Shown: positions 31,101 to 38,887 of the stretch, piece by piece
Layout of the letters: each line of letters opens with the position of its first letter
Numbering within the stretch: position 1 is the stretch's first letter
IMG/VR virus record: IMGVR_UViG_3300042905_005059
Location: 1 to 64,000 of that record
From: a virus
Lineage: Duplodnaviria > Caudoviricetes
Strand: one strand, 5' to 3'
Length of the DNA: 64,000 bases
Notes under the pieces: generated by a model
Seen by the model: the letters and a program-made list of their open reading frames with translations, nothing else
What the model was told of the DNA's origin: nothing
The model's database searches: none
Position numbers and translations under genes: made by a program

Positions 31101-31723
31101 AGATAGTGGAACCATTAGATAAAACAGCTATTTTTTATCAAACTATAAATGAATCAATAACAGAAGCCTTGGGAAGTTCTTTGAGCTGGATTCCAAGAGC
31201 AGAGGAGGCTTTTTGGATGACATCTGATGTCGGTAAAGATGTTTGGGAAATTGAATCGGTACAATCTGGATATACAAAGCAGTTCATTTATGACGATAGA
31301 CAGGTGACTTTTACAAGATGCACCTTGAAAAAAACAAACTTAAGGTCAAAGATCTTCTCTAATTCTTTCGTGACGTATTCGGCCTTGCAAGAAAGGTCTA
31401 AGACTAATTTACAAGGTTTGGGAGTACCGGCTGACGATATGATTGTGCTTGGCTCGCAATTGAATCCAGAGCAACAGAAAATAATAACTAATAATTTAAG
31501 AGCTGAGAATAACATTGAAGACTATATAATTCCAAGCAAGCAAATATTTTTAGGAGATATAAAAAAGAGTTCTTTGTTTCCAAGTCAAAAAGAAAAAACT
31601 CAAATAGTAAATACAGAGTTCGAAATAAACGTATCGGTGGATAAGATAAAGAATTTCCCGGCAGTTTCTTTTGAAGACTTTTCAAAATCTCAAATAATAA
31701 AAATTCTAAACGATAAAGCATGA
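22196..31723 (+). CDS. Giant virion protein (3175 aa), fibre/adhesin-like, with FN3-like and repeated beta-sandwich modules
   Basis: VQWTADPDCQYYNIYQKD...LTFLAT...YDIRVSG (about 25710-25925) fits an FN3-like pattern; about nine (LP)...[FY]-x-I/V-x-N-x-S modules between 26410 and 30460. Confidence 0.55.
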   Translation: MSVIADNKSFVSNAAGVGSPDFDKATFGIWVSFFQHVNYSKNGYTDPQPLVEDIVASQFTVTGKRFSIVSPDGKAPKARFFLTSGIKGINGYDSLDAISEITNTYISGYKPEILLPDLDFTGKIFRRTEIESTSKSPVSNNNVSGIAAEDWQQTNISLNVTNTEENFAYIDSGYIPYSNEVNTRYKFLYDDSSKSIESNFSSFELPIQLEQGAVFKYRISRKSEPLGQSYFVDLTADGKGVIDYSKYKDEVSGFLDGSLSYDFENIATISVGKGEFLDDSNKTNIIKEIQNDHYSGYLKISKSTAADGAEMYNFDLVSDSEEFNDIYRVGISLDIFKLNSKEGITGYVMSSYNMGDGSSTKTIALAQGDSVYPRVSEDGKVYRSNSVKDLVNIEQILESETFAQNVELQQTAGEESESVVGKKMENYFEALTDALNDKFGEEAVAEDESDVINIKNAIEIKDAQNLLDENSSIIRNETALPAFQLPKKLITSDFYSNYLNSGEKYVAVPLSKYSLFSSLAYGDSYGILGVDISEKIRTVYNSTCEGIYIDEVSFCRGDTATQKFKSPVSNEISYSKGSVTEIPYSNGIIRKENYENQLSWQNAINYYYTKNYVASFDVYPSLSELELKNLFDQAVENVKNAIQGSNTNISSANSFLAKGGVEPRIFVEREIYTEDYSPNQDQELSKILSAGINVPDPTDISTEKEEKLYCVQNYDVSDFVRNKQTFFYPVQNYNETIIFDSFVPNSEIHSYTIADQSTFGVVLFADKNPSPKKIFRVESVIGGGSTFSYSNFSSSQAWNGLDGGTITITNQDTQKYGYHLYTYTNSTDALVLAKSNVRNGEIADTSLANAVVIKFNKENFVSNPSSTKEIDSEGKEIEYFSLFLSAVDSNGNVYDATKVKINVQIYNYSLSPPKEVNQWYIFNKNPINDNSYGIKENDQEIKPRFFEDSSEETKAMAQQLFFFPNGPCTSKNYEGSPISAGAKNGLANGLFENNILITEERGFTSTYESNSCLDVLENGIINKQKSPAAGTSSVLFSSVKRLKITKVKYNFYAKDLILIGDAGFPNSKDFNYGWQFKLQYRDKGSSADWGTLEEKGPFNTSEITTQFYQISPYYGLLGALNSPYYLEMIAFKTNIPLFLDDSNYEFRIAKYEKLAVFSSDLDVIKKVNFIPIKVQWTADPDCQYYNIYQKDSGNNLTFLATENTRNNLSYAVPDVKQSYIDLGPANFGSPNFSGYYDIRVSGIVPSVKETSNSISSQYGFDVGDSNAQFLINKISNEANSAFAKQINNPTYTPLINFNNPESKNSAFTINQNYNKYYFVSNSASASLEGLSNIGFEGYVANTGASSCSVGAQSVSSNNVASISNNGVVTTSSLQSLPSAALDLKDTEDDQCLYLISGVTISNSTSINRVLNIVNDSSSSIAITYNGTITIQANTTAQISFLSSSASVTFTRNNITAQDDVISYPSVGLVNINHSRVNLDPSNPSSNFPIYNVSNSKLSVNGALDLNAKSFNVVNWNGSTASNSQKNIFDSIKIFILGTELESERITLLKDDTDIIISNFQGAEGVSEEYFFIKDETITRYFNINIINGSSTYELPIKNQDFKLTVYKRNSVITYSILYPSDSPFFNISNNTEQLILLTRNNVQNIDLNYLEASIPKQSFIYIVNKSQSEISFYKGDITQSVYTVSPNQIARASISTIGDANGIKIDIIDSAYSHFVFNIDAATHLSDSINILDLNFCGTSITTPSASSFASKNTFLLCRNRSIPNKIDNQFISAEAGLINDQDDPSTNELNEIGQLSANSISLSLYRKNVSDTLPTLERTSFINQGLLGSESSVEDSVSAFFYIKDDNLKHFSIRDFYNRKSSYSGKVFLPSPREIRINSFDDNHFLRIKSQSISFDYSPDTYVNGRLYSQDAKDSAIISRDTEKASTTKTFPNALNSDQILINFSYDTVNVTVSSVSKTIKKNRLIKNDTGDLVYPVYNNKEFFIADSNSDRKNTVTAGGTTLFYQIIGKEIDVESIVLPDISAVITYVIKNSSSRTYPVYTLRGILVHNLAPNTQKEFVYNGSSYDANNNSVPYGDNLSFTSIKTENQILEVDLSHPLSSLWPSGFSVNAIRESFIVEDSIELIIDGSSYQYAIFDVLDTVPADSSRVVYCYGRKPGILDIGDNKYLVNAFYLYLIFNGTIVKENEFYTTGDGINTAAVYPLSVIEYKHTDLLKFLPTYQSVISLPNVILIPLASQLVHYYLPNLSVVYSDGSQNYTLGSLLSGKKIVFVNTVKTNSGAENKVTNYNGAATESLEDVNSVVMYEISGGQWVKSTSGVPVVKPVYPTLDRVKGLSLTQTSEIADGREFVYLPNFSRFNVTVDSFTDKELKNFYVLNSASNRVFINSNQSMLSSSRFMKIYRNLTADSFDSQDLEIGGTASFVSVEIELSQNKVVDDVVAEKYPNLKFGTSLKATAIYGTGSGRTKYTHFYRYGTSGAPAKPIIKNESFADLDLFNLKSYSPNDKLFVYGSSNVNAEGVSFDSYDLRVLKSDSLSGEKFYIYNNSSVFLRVFFKESDSGLSSDSIAIPSKRMVEISDNAVFLEYHEKGKFYISSKKLNKTYINKIDLPIFVDAFPDYKSLTGVIEAIQVTNSISSIVLSLSKYKEKAIFYYTDGVNKFQIDFDNNSSLNLPTFESFYLKSVSIINIKKPIYSISSSGHYILNNSNVQIEVDCGSLSQSLFLVNNCAENILVTTVVSSVRKNILLYRNTVLILNSSGASRYIKKAKRRDDFYCVFNPKTAISTQNEISFVNAIERNLDVQPILNDNGVEQQSYIKLLSRYGSSTTIYLSLTDYYNGLDVPTDSQEGIVAYEVGIGHETISKFLFFDPSKSTYTLPGIVDGETYRVDIDYALFDNISNLNGQDTLKEDQNPYVIYNGEKYYNNEIIKGSYMSFYEVKYPNYVRVFKVTEDQPLVEDSVAKESDLDESIQEEIVEPLDKTAIFYQTINESITEALGSSLSWIPRAEEAFWMTSDVGKDVWEIESVQSGYTKQFIYDDRQVTFTRCTLKKTNLRSKIFSNSFVTYSALQERSKTNLQGLGVPADDMIVLGSQLNPEQQKIITNNLRAENNIEDYIIPSKQIFLGDIKKSSLFPSQKEKTQIVNTEFEINVSVDKIKNFPAVSFEDFSKSQIIKILNDKA

Positions 31724-34503
31724 GATTTCTGCAATCAACTTACTATAACGAAGACTATATTAGCAATGCTTATAAAATAGTAAGCATAGAAGATATAAGC
31801 TCAACCGCTTCGATAATGGGAATAGCTCTTGCCTATTTGGATGATATTATTAGCAATTCAAATTCAATAGATACTTCTGCCTCGCGTTCTTTAAAAATAG
31901 ATGGAGCATTTTTAGATACAACTTATTTTTATGTTCCATTCAGTTATGCGCCCGGAATCAATTGTTTAAATATAGATTCTTCTTATACAGTTAGTAATAT
32001 TAACCTTAATAGATCTCTATTAAAAACAGGTTTTACTTTAAGCTCTCCATACTCATCTAATGGAGACTTAACTGCTGGCCAAGGGGGGACAAATGGGAGC
32101 GGAGGCACCGTAAGAATAACTTATAATTATTCTATTTACGTTAGCGATGGCGTACTTATAAATAAATCTTATGTAAAGATAGCAAATCGACTATCAGATT
32201 ATTATAACATAACAAATGAAGAATTCGATAACACACAATTCATAAAAGATAATTCTTGCTATATAAGCTACAAAAAATGCAAAGTATTAACATACACATT
32301 AAATCCTGCGGCAGGAGATTATCCAGAAAGAAAAGAATGTTTAATTTTAGCATCTTTGCAAGATTTCGAATATTTAGAAGACTTTTCTAATGATGTCTAC
32401 TACTCTTCTGTTGCTCAAGATTACTATGCGGACGCGGCATTTACTCAACAATTAAATTTAAGAGCAAAGTTTGATTATTTTCCATATTTGATATTGAATG
32501 AATCAACTATTTTTCATGGTCCTGTTTCTCAAAAATTAGACTTAAATACAGACACTACTCTAGAAGACACTACTGAATACATAAATGAGAATTCTTATGT
32601 TTCCATTTGTAATTTTACTGCGGAGCAAACTAATCCTCCAGCAGCAGGAACAGGAACTATATTTTGTAGTGCCACTGACCCAAACAGGGCTGTTGTAAAT
32701 TATGGAGGGAACGCTTATTATTTTTTAGATAGTCAAATTTGTGGAGCTTCAGCTAAAACAGTTCTTGCGGTTTTCGCATTAAAAAATTACAAAACTTTAC
32801 AGTTATACAAAGACTTTACAATTCTAGCTTCTGTTCTTTTTGATGTTTTTGCTTATAATTTTATATACATAAAATATAGACAGGGAGACTCATACTACAA
32901 CTTTCAAGACAATGGAAGCGTGGCTACTACTACAGTAAAATACTCTAGTCAAGTATTAGATTTTACAAAATACTTTTCTTTAAAAGAGCAAAATAATGGC
33001 TTAGATAATATAACGATAAACGCCATATCTTTTAATTTTTTAATTTATAAAATAGCAACATCTGATGCAGACGCAACGTCTTATATATTAGATGTTCCTA
33101 TACAGGTTTTATCTCCTAGATACATTGGAGCAGAAGAGAAAAGCGATACTAAGTTAGTTATAAAAACAGACTACGCAACAAGAATTTCTTATTATTTTGG
33201 AGACGATCCAAGCAGCGCAGTTAGCGTTTCAATTACTACAGACTCGTCAGATGGAACTAATCAAGAAACTGAGATAGACATAACTTTAAGAACAGGAGAT
33301 GTCCATATAGATGTATTTAATTATTTTTATGATGTAGAGGGAGGTAACAGAGAGCTTTATTCAAATATAGGAAACGCATATCAAATACAAAGAGATTTAA
33401 TTGTTCCAGTATTTACATTTTCAATAAAGCAAGGCGGCACAACAGCTAGTTTCTATGAAGAGTCAAACTTGGCCACTTCTATAAATCAAATAAGTTTAAC
33501 TGACGCTACTCAATCTAGTTTCAATAACTACGTTTTGTATTCAAGTTATTCAAATGTGGGAGATTTTGAATTTATATTGACTTTCTCTCTACCGACTACA
33601 TCATCTTTTGTATCTTTATACTTAGGGCCTTCTGCATTCCCGCTTAATCCAAAGGTGCAAAGTGGGGTTGGTTCTGCCATATCTAAAGTAGATTTATTTA
33701 AATTAGCAAAAATAGATGGATCTATAAATATTAACTTCTCTTTAGATGGAAGAATAAACTACTCTATACCTTTCAAATTCAAAAACTATTCCGCCAATTC
33801 TCCTGCTTGTGATCCTGTTTCTGCGCCAGATATACTACTAAAAAATACAGAAGCTTCTGCCGAGTTTTCTTTTGATTATAGATATGCTGATTCTATTACT
33901 TATTCTTTAATAGACAACAATAGTAACATCCTATATGGCCCTTCTGTTATTTTAGAGCCTTACTCTGCCGCTTTAGCAAATTATTTTATCAATGGAACAA
34001 CTATATCAAGATCATTGAAAGTAAGCAATTTTCCTGTATTTGATAATTCTACATCTATAAAAGTTAGAGTAACAGTAAAAAACATAAACGCATCAAGAGA
34101 AGACGTTGAGGTGACAGTAGATTCATCGTCTTTTTCCGCTATACCTCAAAAATTAAATAGACAAACTCCAGCAGAAATACTTTTCTTCTCGGATCAAGCA
34201 ATGACTACTGCTGTTTCGACAATAAACAAAGACATCTTGTATTATGCGTTTTTGCAACTGTATGATGTAGGAGGCAACGCCATAAACTCTGCAAACTATG
34301 GCAACTATATATCTACAAATCCACCACCTACTTTTGTAATGATAGAGTCTAATGGGGATAATGTAGACTTAGAAGGTGTAATCCTCAATAAGATAAATGA
34401 TTATTTATATTCATTTAAAATACCAACCAATAGCTCATTTAACGATGAAGCATTCGTTATAGACGCGCTATATCTTCCTATAATAGACTTGAGTCAGAAA
34501 TAA
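31720..34503 (+). CDS. Large hypothetical virion protein (927 aa)
   Basis: Long Ser/Thr/Tyr/Asn-rich ORF, ATGA overlap with previous gene. Confidence 0.7.
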   Translation: MRFLQSTYYNEDYISNAYKIVSIEDISSTASIMGIALAYLDDIISNSNSIDTSASRSLKIDGAFLDTTYFYVPFSYAPGINCLNIDSSYTVSNINLNRSLLKTGFTLSSPYSSNGDLTAGQGGTNGSGGTVRITYNYSIYVSDGVLINKSYVKIANRLSDYYNITNEEFDNTQFIKDNSCYISYKKCKVLTYTLNPAAGDYPERKECLILASLQDFEYLEDFSNDVYYSSVAQDYYADAAFTQQLNLRAKFDYFPYLILNESTIFHGPVSQKLDLNTDTTLEDTTEYINENSYVSICNFTAEQTNPPAAGTGTIFCSATDPNRAVVNYGGNAYYFLDSQICGASAKTVLAVFALKNYKTLQLYKDFTILASVLFDVFAYNFIYIKYRQGDSYYNFQDNGSVATTTVKYSSQVLDFTKYFSLKEQNNGLDNITINAISFNFLIYKIATSDADATSYILDVPIQVLSPRYIGAEEKSDTKLVIKTDYATRISYYFGDDPSSAVSVSITTDSSDGTNQETEIDITLRTGDVHIDVFNYFYDVEGGNRELYSNIGNAYQIQRDLIVPVFTFSIKQGGTTASFYEESNLATSINQISLTDATQSSFNNYVLYSSYSNVGDFEFILTFSLPTTSSFVSLYLGPSAFPLNPKVQSGVGSAISKVDLFKLAKIDGSININFSLDGRINYSIPFKFKNYSANSPACDPVSAPDILLKNTEASAEFSFDYRYADSITYSLIDNNSNILYGPSVILEPYSAALANYFINGTTISRSLKVSNFPVFDNSTSIKVRVTVKNINASREDVEVTVDSSSFSAIPQKLNRQTPAEILFFSDQAMTTAVSTINKDILYYAFLQLYDVGGNAINSANYGNYISTNPPPTFVMIESNGDNVDLEGVILNKINDYLYSFKIPTNSSFNDEAFVIDALYLPIIDLSQK

Positions 34504-34504
34504 T

Positions 34505-37500
34505 ATGAGCTTAAAAACAGCAAGAGGACAAATACTAATAGCTAATGGATTCGAAGATCCTTCCTCTTTAGCGTTGCCAAATATCATCAGCTTCTCGTCT
34601 TCAATCGACCCAGAGAATAATAAGTTTGCTGTTTATTTTTCGGTAGAGAGGAATTACGCTTCTCTTCAACTGGTATGCAGATTTTTAGATGAAGATAATA
34701 AAGAGATCCCAAGCTTAAAAACTATAATCAACGTTTTTGGCCTTGAGTCTTTTTCTTTCTACAAGGACAAGGTTTATAGAACATCTTTAGAGCTTATTGC
34801 TACTAATAAAAATGGCCAAGATTCTAGAAAGCTTGAGCCAATAGATAAAGCCAATAATAATCTAAATGTATTCGAAGAAGAGCTTATATCAGGCTTTAAG
34901 ATAGCAAACACAGTAAATACTTATGATCAAGTTGATTTGTCTTTTTATCTTAATAATATCGTTGGCTTTAATATAGATGATTTAGAAAATATATCATTAT
35001 ACTACAAAAGAAAAGACTATTTCGATTGGAAAGTTCTGCCTTTAAAAAACAATTATTCGCTCAAAAAGAATGCCGCGAATGAGGTAGAGTCTTATTTTTA
35101 TGAGCAAAAAAATATTAAGATAGAAAGGTCAGCAGATGGAGGAAATTTTAGCTTTCAAATAGAAGCAAAAGTAAAAAACTTTAAGCCTTCTCAATCAGAT
35201 ATTCTTTCTCTGTATTTTGATATAATTAGTCCATCTCAACAAAATACTAGCAGCTCTACATTTCAAAAAGCAGAGTTATTAGATCCTGAGAATCCGGCTT
35301 CTTTAAGATATGAGATATCAACAAGATTCTCTCAGATATATATTTCTACGGTAGGGAAAAATGAAAATGTTTTACCTTTTTACTCTTATTTTTTAAATGA
35401 TAAGGACTACTATAAGTCTTCCATTGATTTTTTGAATTTACAGTTTGTAAAGAGCGGCGAAAAATTTTTCTATTATGACTATCAATATTCTATAAAGTCA
35501 TCAGACACAAAGGGGTTCTTTTATCCAGCTTCTGTTTCTGAAATATTGCCATGCATTTTAATTAATCAATTAGCTGGCCAAAATCAATCTGTAGTTTTGT
35601 TTTGGAAAATTAATGATGATTTTTTTGACTACAAGTTCTTGAATAAGAATATGTCAATATTCACTAGCTATGTAAAAATTAAAGTTCAGTATAAGGTAAG
35701 CTCCTCGTATCAAGACTTAACTAAAGAAATTATCTTGACAAAAGACGCTCACTTTAAAGAGTCTGAGCAAAAATTTGTTTTATTCTTAAGAAGAGATGTC
35801 GATATTTTAGAAAACCAAAGAACAGTGTTCGATAGAATACAAGACAACGACAACAAGACAGACAATTTAAGAATTCTAATCACAGAGCATAAAGTAGATT
35901 GCTCTCTATTCCAAAATGGTACGAAGACTTTCACTTTTGATAAGCTGATGATTCCAGATAAATGGAATTATATAGCTTATGATAAGTATATTCCATTAGA
36001 TGCTTCTATAAGAAATCCTCAGACAGAAAAGATAAACTTAAATTTGAATAGTTTATATTTGAGAGGAATAAGATTGCCAGAAAAAGGATTTAAGAGATTT
36101 GATCTGCTAAACGAAATAACTACTGACTCCAATGGATTCATCTTGTCTTATGGCGCAAGAATAATATACAAGCTTGCTTCAGATTTTAAAGCTTTTTATC
36201 AAGACCCAATAATAGAAGGAACTATTAATACTGTAGAAATACCATCTTTCCCAAACGATGTTTTTATAACTCCTCCAGATTTAGTGTTACCACCTCCAAA
36301 TTATGTAAAAATAGAAAATGGGGGAACTCAAGCAGAAGGTCTAGTTATGTTAAATGAGTATGGAAAAATAAATGGTATACAAATAATAAATCCCGGAAAA
36401 GGCTATTCTTTTTATACTACAGCTCTAAGCAAAAGGCAGCAAACTTTTACCGACTTAACGCCCTATGTAAAAACAAGTTATTTAATAGTAGGAACCAATC
36501 AAAACAATAATCCAAGCGCATTAGTAATACAAAATAATTCTTTTGATAAGCAAGCATTGCTAGCATCTATGCGCGGCGGTGTCAGATTGGCAAGCGCAAA
36601 TAACGATAAGGCTTTGCTTAATAATTCAACTAGTTCTTTATCAGAACTTCAAAATAAAAAAATAGACCAGTATTTCCAAAGAGAAATCTCTGACAATTCT
36701 TTTATTCAAGATAACTCATCTGAGCCTTATCAAATAGTAACACCAAAAATAGAACAAATTAGTATTGGATCTCTAGATGAAGAGTGGAGTATTATATCTC
36801 AACTATATACAAATAAAAACATAAATCCATACGAGCAAAGCGTAATATATAGCGAAGATGTTGATGCTGGAGTATCAGTTGTAGAAGATTCAGCTATAAA
36901 ATCTGATCCAGTAGTTTCTAATGAAATAACACCAATTACAATAAATCCAGAAGCTTCTCAGGCAAGTTCTTCTGGAGGCTCATGGAAGATGTTTGAGCTA
37001 AGTGGCCTGAAAGTTATTCCTGATGGTAGCGCCGCAGTATCTTTGACAAGCTCATCGGCTGCTCCTCCGTCAATGACATTGTTGCCAACTTCAGTAAGGT
37101 CGGATAATATGTATGGTTTTGGTCCATTGCCAAATATGCTACCTAGAGCAGAAATGTTTAATAGATTTGTAATGGCTGTCAATAATTTAAATTCTGTGAG
37201 AGTATTGGCTCCATTTGTGTGGTCTTTAGAGCATGATAGAACTTTTACTTCATGGTATAAGCAGATAACAAATGAAAATGAATACGATATAGTAGAATTT
37301 AAAACTCAAGGAACAAGATTTGATCAAACTGCTCCCATAGGGCCAGAAATGCAGCCAATAAATACAACATTAGCTGTAGCTGCTAGAAGATCTGTGACTA
37401 AAGTATTTTTAAAGCCAGAGAAGGCTCTATCTTTGGGGTTAGAGTTCGCTGGCCAATATATCGAATCCACAGAAGAGAGTGAAAGCTACACATTCTCAGC

Positions 37501-37897
37501 TTTTATTCATCCAAGCATGAGTAATGCAATACCTTCTTATATATCTAGTAATGTAAAAAGAAAATACTTAGGAGTAGTAACAGACGCAACGTCCACTTGC
37601 GGACAAGTTCAATTGCCTTTGGATTCAGCAGGAGTTCCGTATGCAGCTTGTAGCAATGGATCGACTAGGCCTTTTTATTCTATAAAAGAATTACCAGCAG
37701 ATAAAACAATAGTAAGCACAACTTATAAATTCTTCAATAATTCTAATTCTGTATCTTTGCAAGCTAGAGGAACAGCTAAGGCACTACAAGTATTCATATC
37801 GCAAGATAGAGTTTGCGGAAGTGAATGCGGAGATTCCTCTTCTCAGACTATAGATTTTTCTTATACTAATATGTTTCCTGCTATAATAGAATTATGA
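34505..37897 (+). CDS. Large hypothetical virion protein (1130 aa)
   Basis: Long ORF; contains GKINGIQIINPGKGYS, a variant of the repeat seen in 17007-18386. Confidence 0.7.
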   Translation: MSLKTARGQILIANGFEDPSSLALPNIISFSSSIDPENNKFAVYFSVERNYASLQLVCRFLDEDNKEIPSLKTIINVFGLESFSFYKDKVYRTSLELIATNKNGQDSRKLEPIDKANNNLNVFEEELISGFKIANTVNTYDQVDLSFYLNNIVGFNIDDLENISLYYKRKDYFDWKVLPLKNNYSLKKNAANEVESYFYEQKNIKIERSADGGNFSFQIEAKVKNFKPSQSDILSLYFDIISPSQQNTSSSTFQKAELLDPENPASLRYEISTRFSQIYISTVGKNENVLPFYSYFLNDKDYYKSSIDFLNLQFVKSGEKFFYYDYQYSIKSSDTKGFFYPASVSEILPCILINQLAGQNQSVVLFWKINDDFFDYKFLNKNMSIFTSYVKIKVQYKVSSSYQDLTKEIILTKDAHFKESEQKFVLFLRRDVDILENQRTVFDRIQDNDNKTDNLRILITEHKVDCSLFQNGTKTFTFDKLMIPDKWNYIAYDKYIPLDASIRNPQTEKINLNLNSLYLRGIRLPEKGFKRFDLLNEITTDSNGFILSYGARIIYKLASDFKAFYQDPIIEGTINTVEIPSFPNDVFITPPDLVLPPPNYVKIENGGTQAEGLVMLNEYGKINGIQIINPGKGYSFYTTALSKRQQTFTDLTPYVKTSYLIVGTNQNNNPSALVIQNNSFDKQALLASMRGGVRLASANNDKALLNNSTSSLSELQNKKIDQYFQREISDNSFIQDNSSEPYQIVTPKIEQISIGSLDEEWSIISQLYTNKNINPYEQSVIYSEDVDAGVSVVEDSAIKSDPVVSNEITPITINPEASQASSSGGSWKMFELSGLKVIPDGSAAVSLTSSSAAPPSMTLLPTSVRSDNMYGFGPLPNMLPRAEMFNRFVMAVNNLNSVRVLAPFVWSLEHDRTFTSWYKQITNENEYDIVEFKTQGTRFDQTAPIGPEMQPINTTLAVAARRSVTKVFLKPEKALSLGLEFAGQYIESTEESESYTFSAFIHPSMSNAIPSYISSNVKRKYLGVVTDATSTCGQVQLPLDSAGVPYAACSNGSTRPFYSIKELPADKTIVSTTYKFFNNSNSVSLQARGTAKALQVFISQDRVCGSECGDSSSQTIDFSYTNMFPAIIEL

Positions 37898-38157
37898 TTG
37901 ATGAAAAATTTAAAAAGCTGTTTAAAGAAGCAGCTAAAGTATCTAAAAGCTTATCTCAATCCGCTGCAAAAGGCGTGGCAGCAATATCAGAGAATAAAAA
38001 GTTAATATCTACAAAATCTGAGGCTCAGTCTAGATTAGACATTTGCAATAAATGCAAAGACCTAGACAAAAGTCTAGGTCGATGCACTGTTTGTGGGTGT
38101 TTCGTTTATCTGAAAACTAAAGCAGATTACGAAAGTTGTCCAGAAGGAAAATGGTAA
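37894..38157 (+). CDS. Small Cys-rich protein (87 aa), probable metal-binding; DUF6171-like
   Basis: RLDICNKC...GRCTVCGCFV.LK.....ESCPEGKW; ATGA overlap. Confidence 0.65.
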   Translation: MIDEKFKKLFKEAAKVSKSLSQSAAKGVAAISENKKLISTKSEAQSRLDICNKCKDLDKSLGRCTVCGCFVYLKTKADYESCPEGKW

Positions 38158-38853
38158 TTACTTTGCTTTCCTAAGTCTTTCAATAAGCTCAAAAACTTTA
38201 GGCTTTGGAATATCATTTATAGAATTAAAATCTTCAGCCTTATCAAAGTTCTCTAATATAAGCTTCTTTTTGATAGAATCAAAAGATACGTTCCTTTCCT
38301 TCATAATGTTAGAAAGGACTGCTGCTGGAGAGACTGGATTATCAGCGCCGATCTCTTCGACTTGCTTAGCTCCAATTTCTTCTTGACCAACGATGTTAAT
38401 TTTCAAAAAATTTCTTACACACCTGACGAAAGCGCGATTTTCAGAGATAGCAGCGAGATAATTTCGCGCAAAACTTTGAGTGTTGTCTGGGGAGGCATCT
38501 GCCAAGGCTTGAAAAGACACATCCACGTTACAGGTCTCATAATTACCAATCCAGTTGATGTAACAACTAGCAATTACATAATTTGGTCCAGCTTCTGGCA
38601 CATCATAAGACACGCATGTAAAACCTCTGATTTGGGCAAGCTCTTTAATTCCGCCAAGAAGAATTAGTAAATCTTTATCTTCTAGCTTTGAGACATCAGT
38701 TTCTTGAGTCCTTTGCTTATTAGGAACAAGGAACTCGGGGCGAATCATTTTGCGCCAATTAACATATCCATCTTCATTAAAAACATATGGAATAGGAGGC
38801 TCTTCTAAGAGCCCGAATTCATTTCGTTTAAGTAGTTTCGGGGGAGTACTCAT
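38158..38853 (-). CDS. Putative Rad52/Sak-like single-strand annealing protein (231 aa)
   Basis: LLILLGGIKELAQIRG...ALADASPDN...LAAISENRAFVRCVRNFLKINIVGQEEI resembles the MAETRA.ARALR...I..EE helix of Rad52-superfamily phage annealases; short helical C-terminal domain. Confidence 0.45.
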   Translation of the reverse strand: MSTPPKLLKRNEFGLLEEPPIPYVFNEDGYVNWRKMIRPEFLVPNKQRTQETDVSKLEDKDLLILLGGIKELAQIRGFTCVSYDVPEAGPNYVIASCYINWIGNYETCNVDVSFQALADASPDNTQSFARNYLAAISENRAFVRCVRNFLKINIVGQEEIGAKQVEEIGADNPVSPAAVLSNIMKERNVSFDSIKKKLILENFDKAEDFNSINDIPKPKVFELIERLRKAK

Positions 38854-38859
38854 CGCTAT

Positions 38860-38887
38860 ATTATGCGCCTAATTGCTCTTTTGTCAA
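38860..38887 (-). promoter_or_regulatory. sigma70-type promoter, leaderless configuration
   Basis: Minus strand TTGACA-16 nt-CATAAT-6 nt-ATG (38853). Confidence 0.7.
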
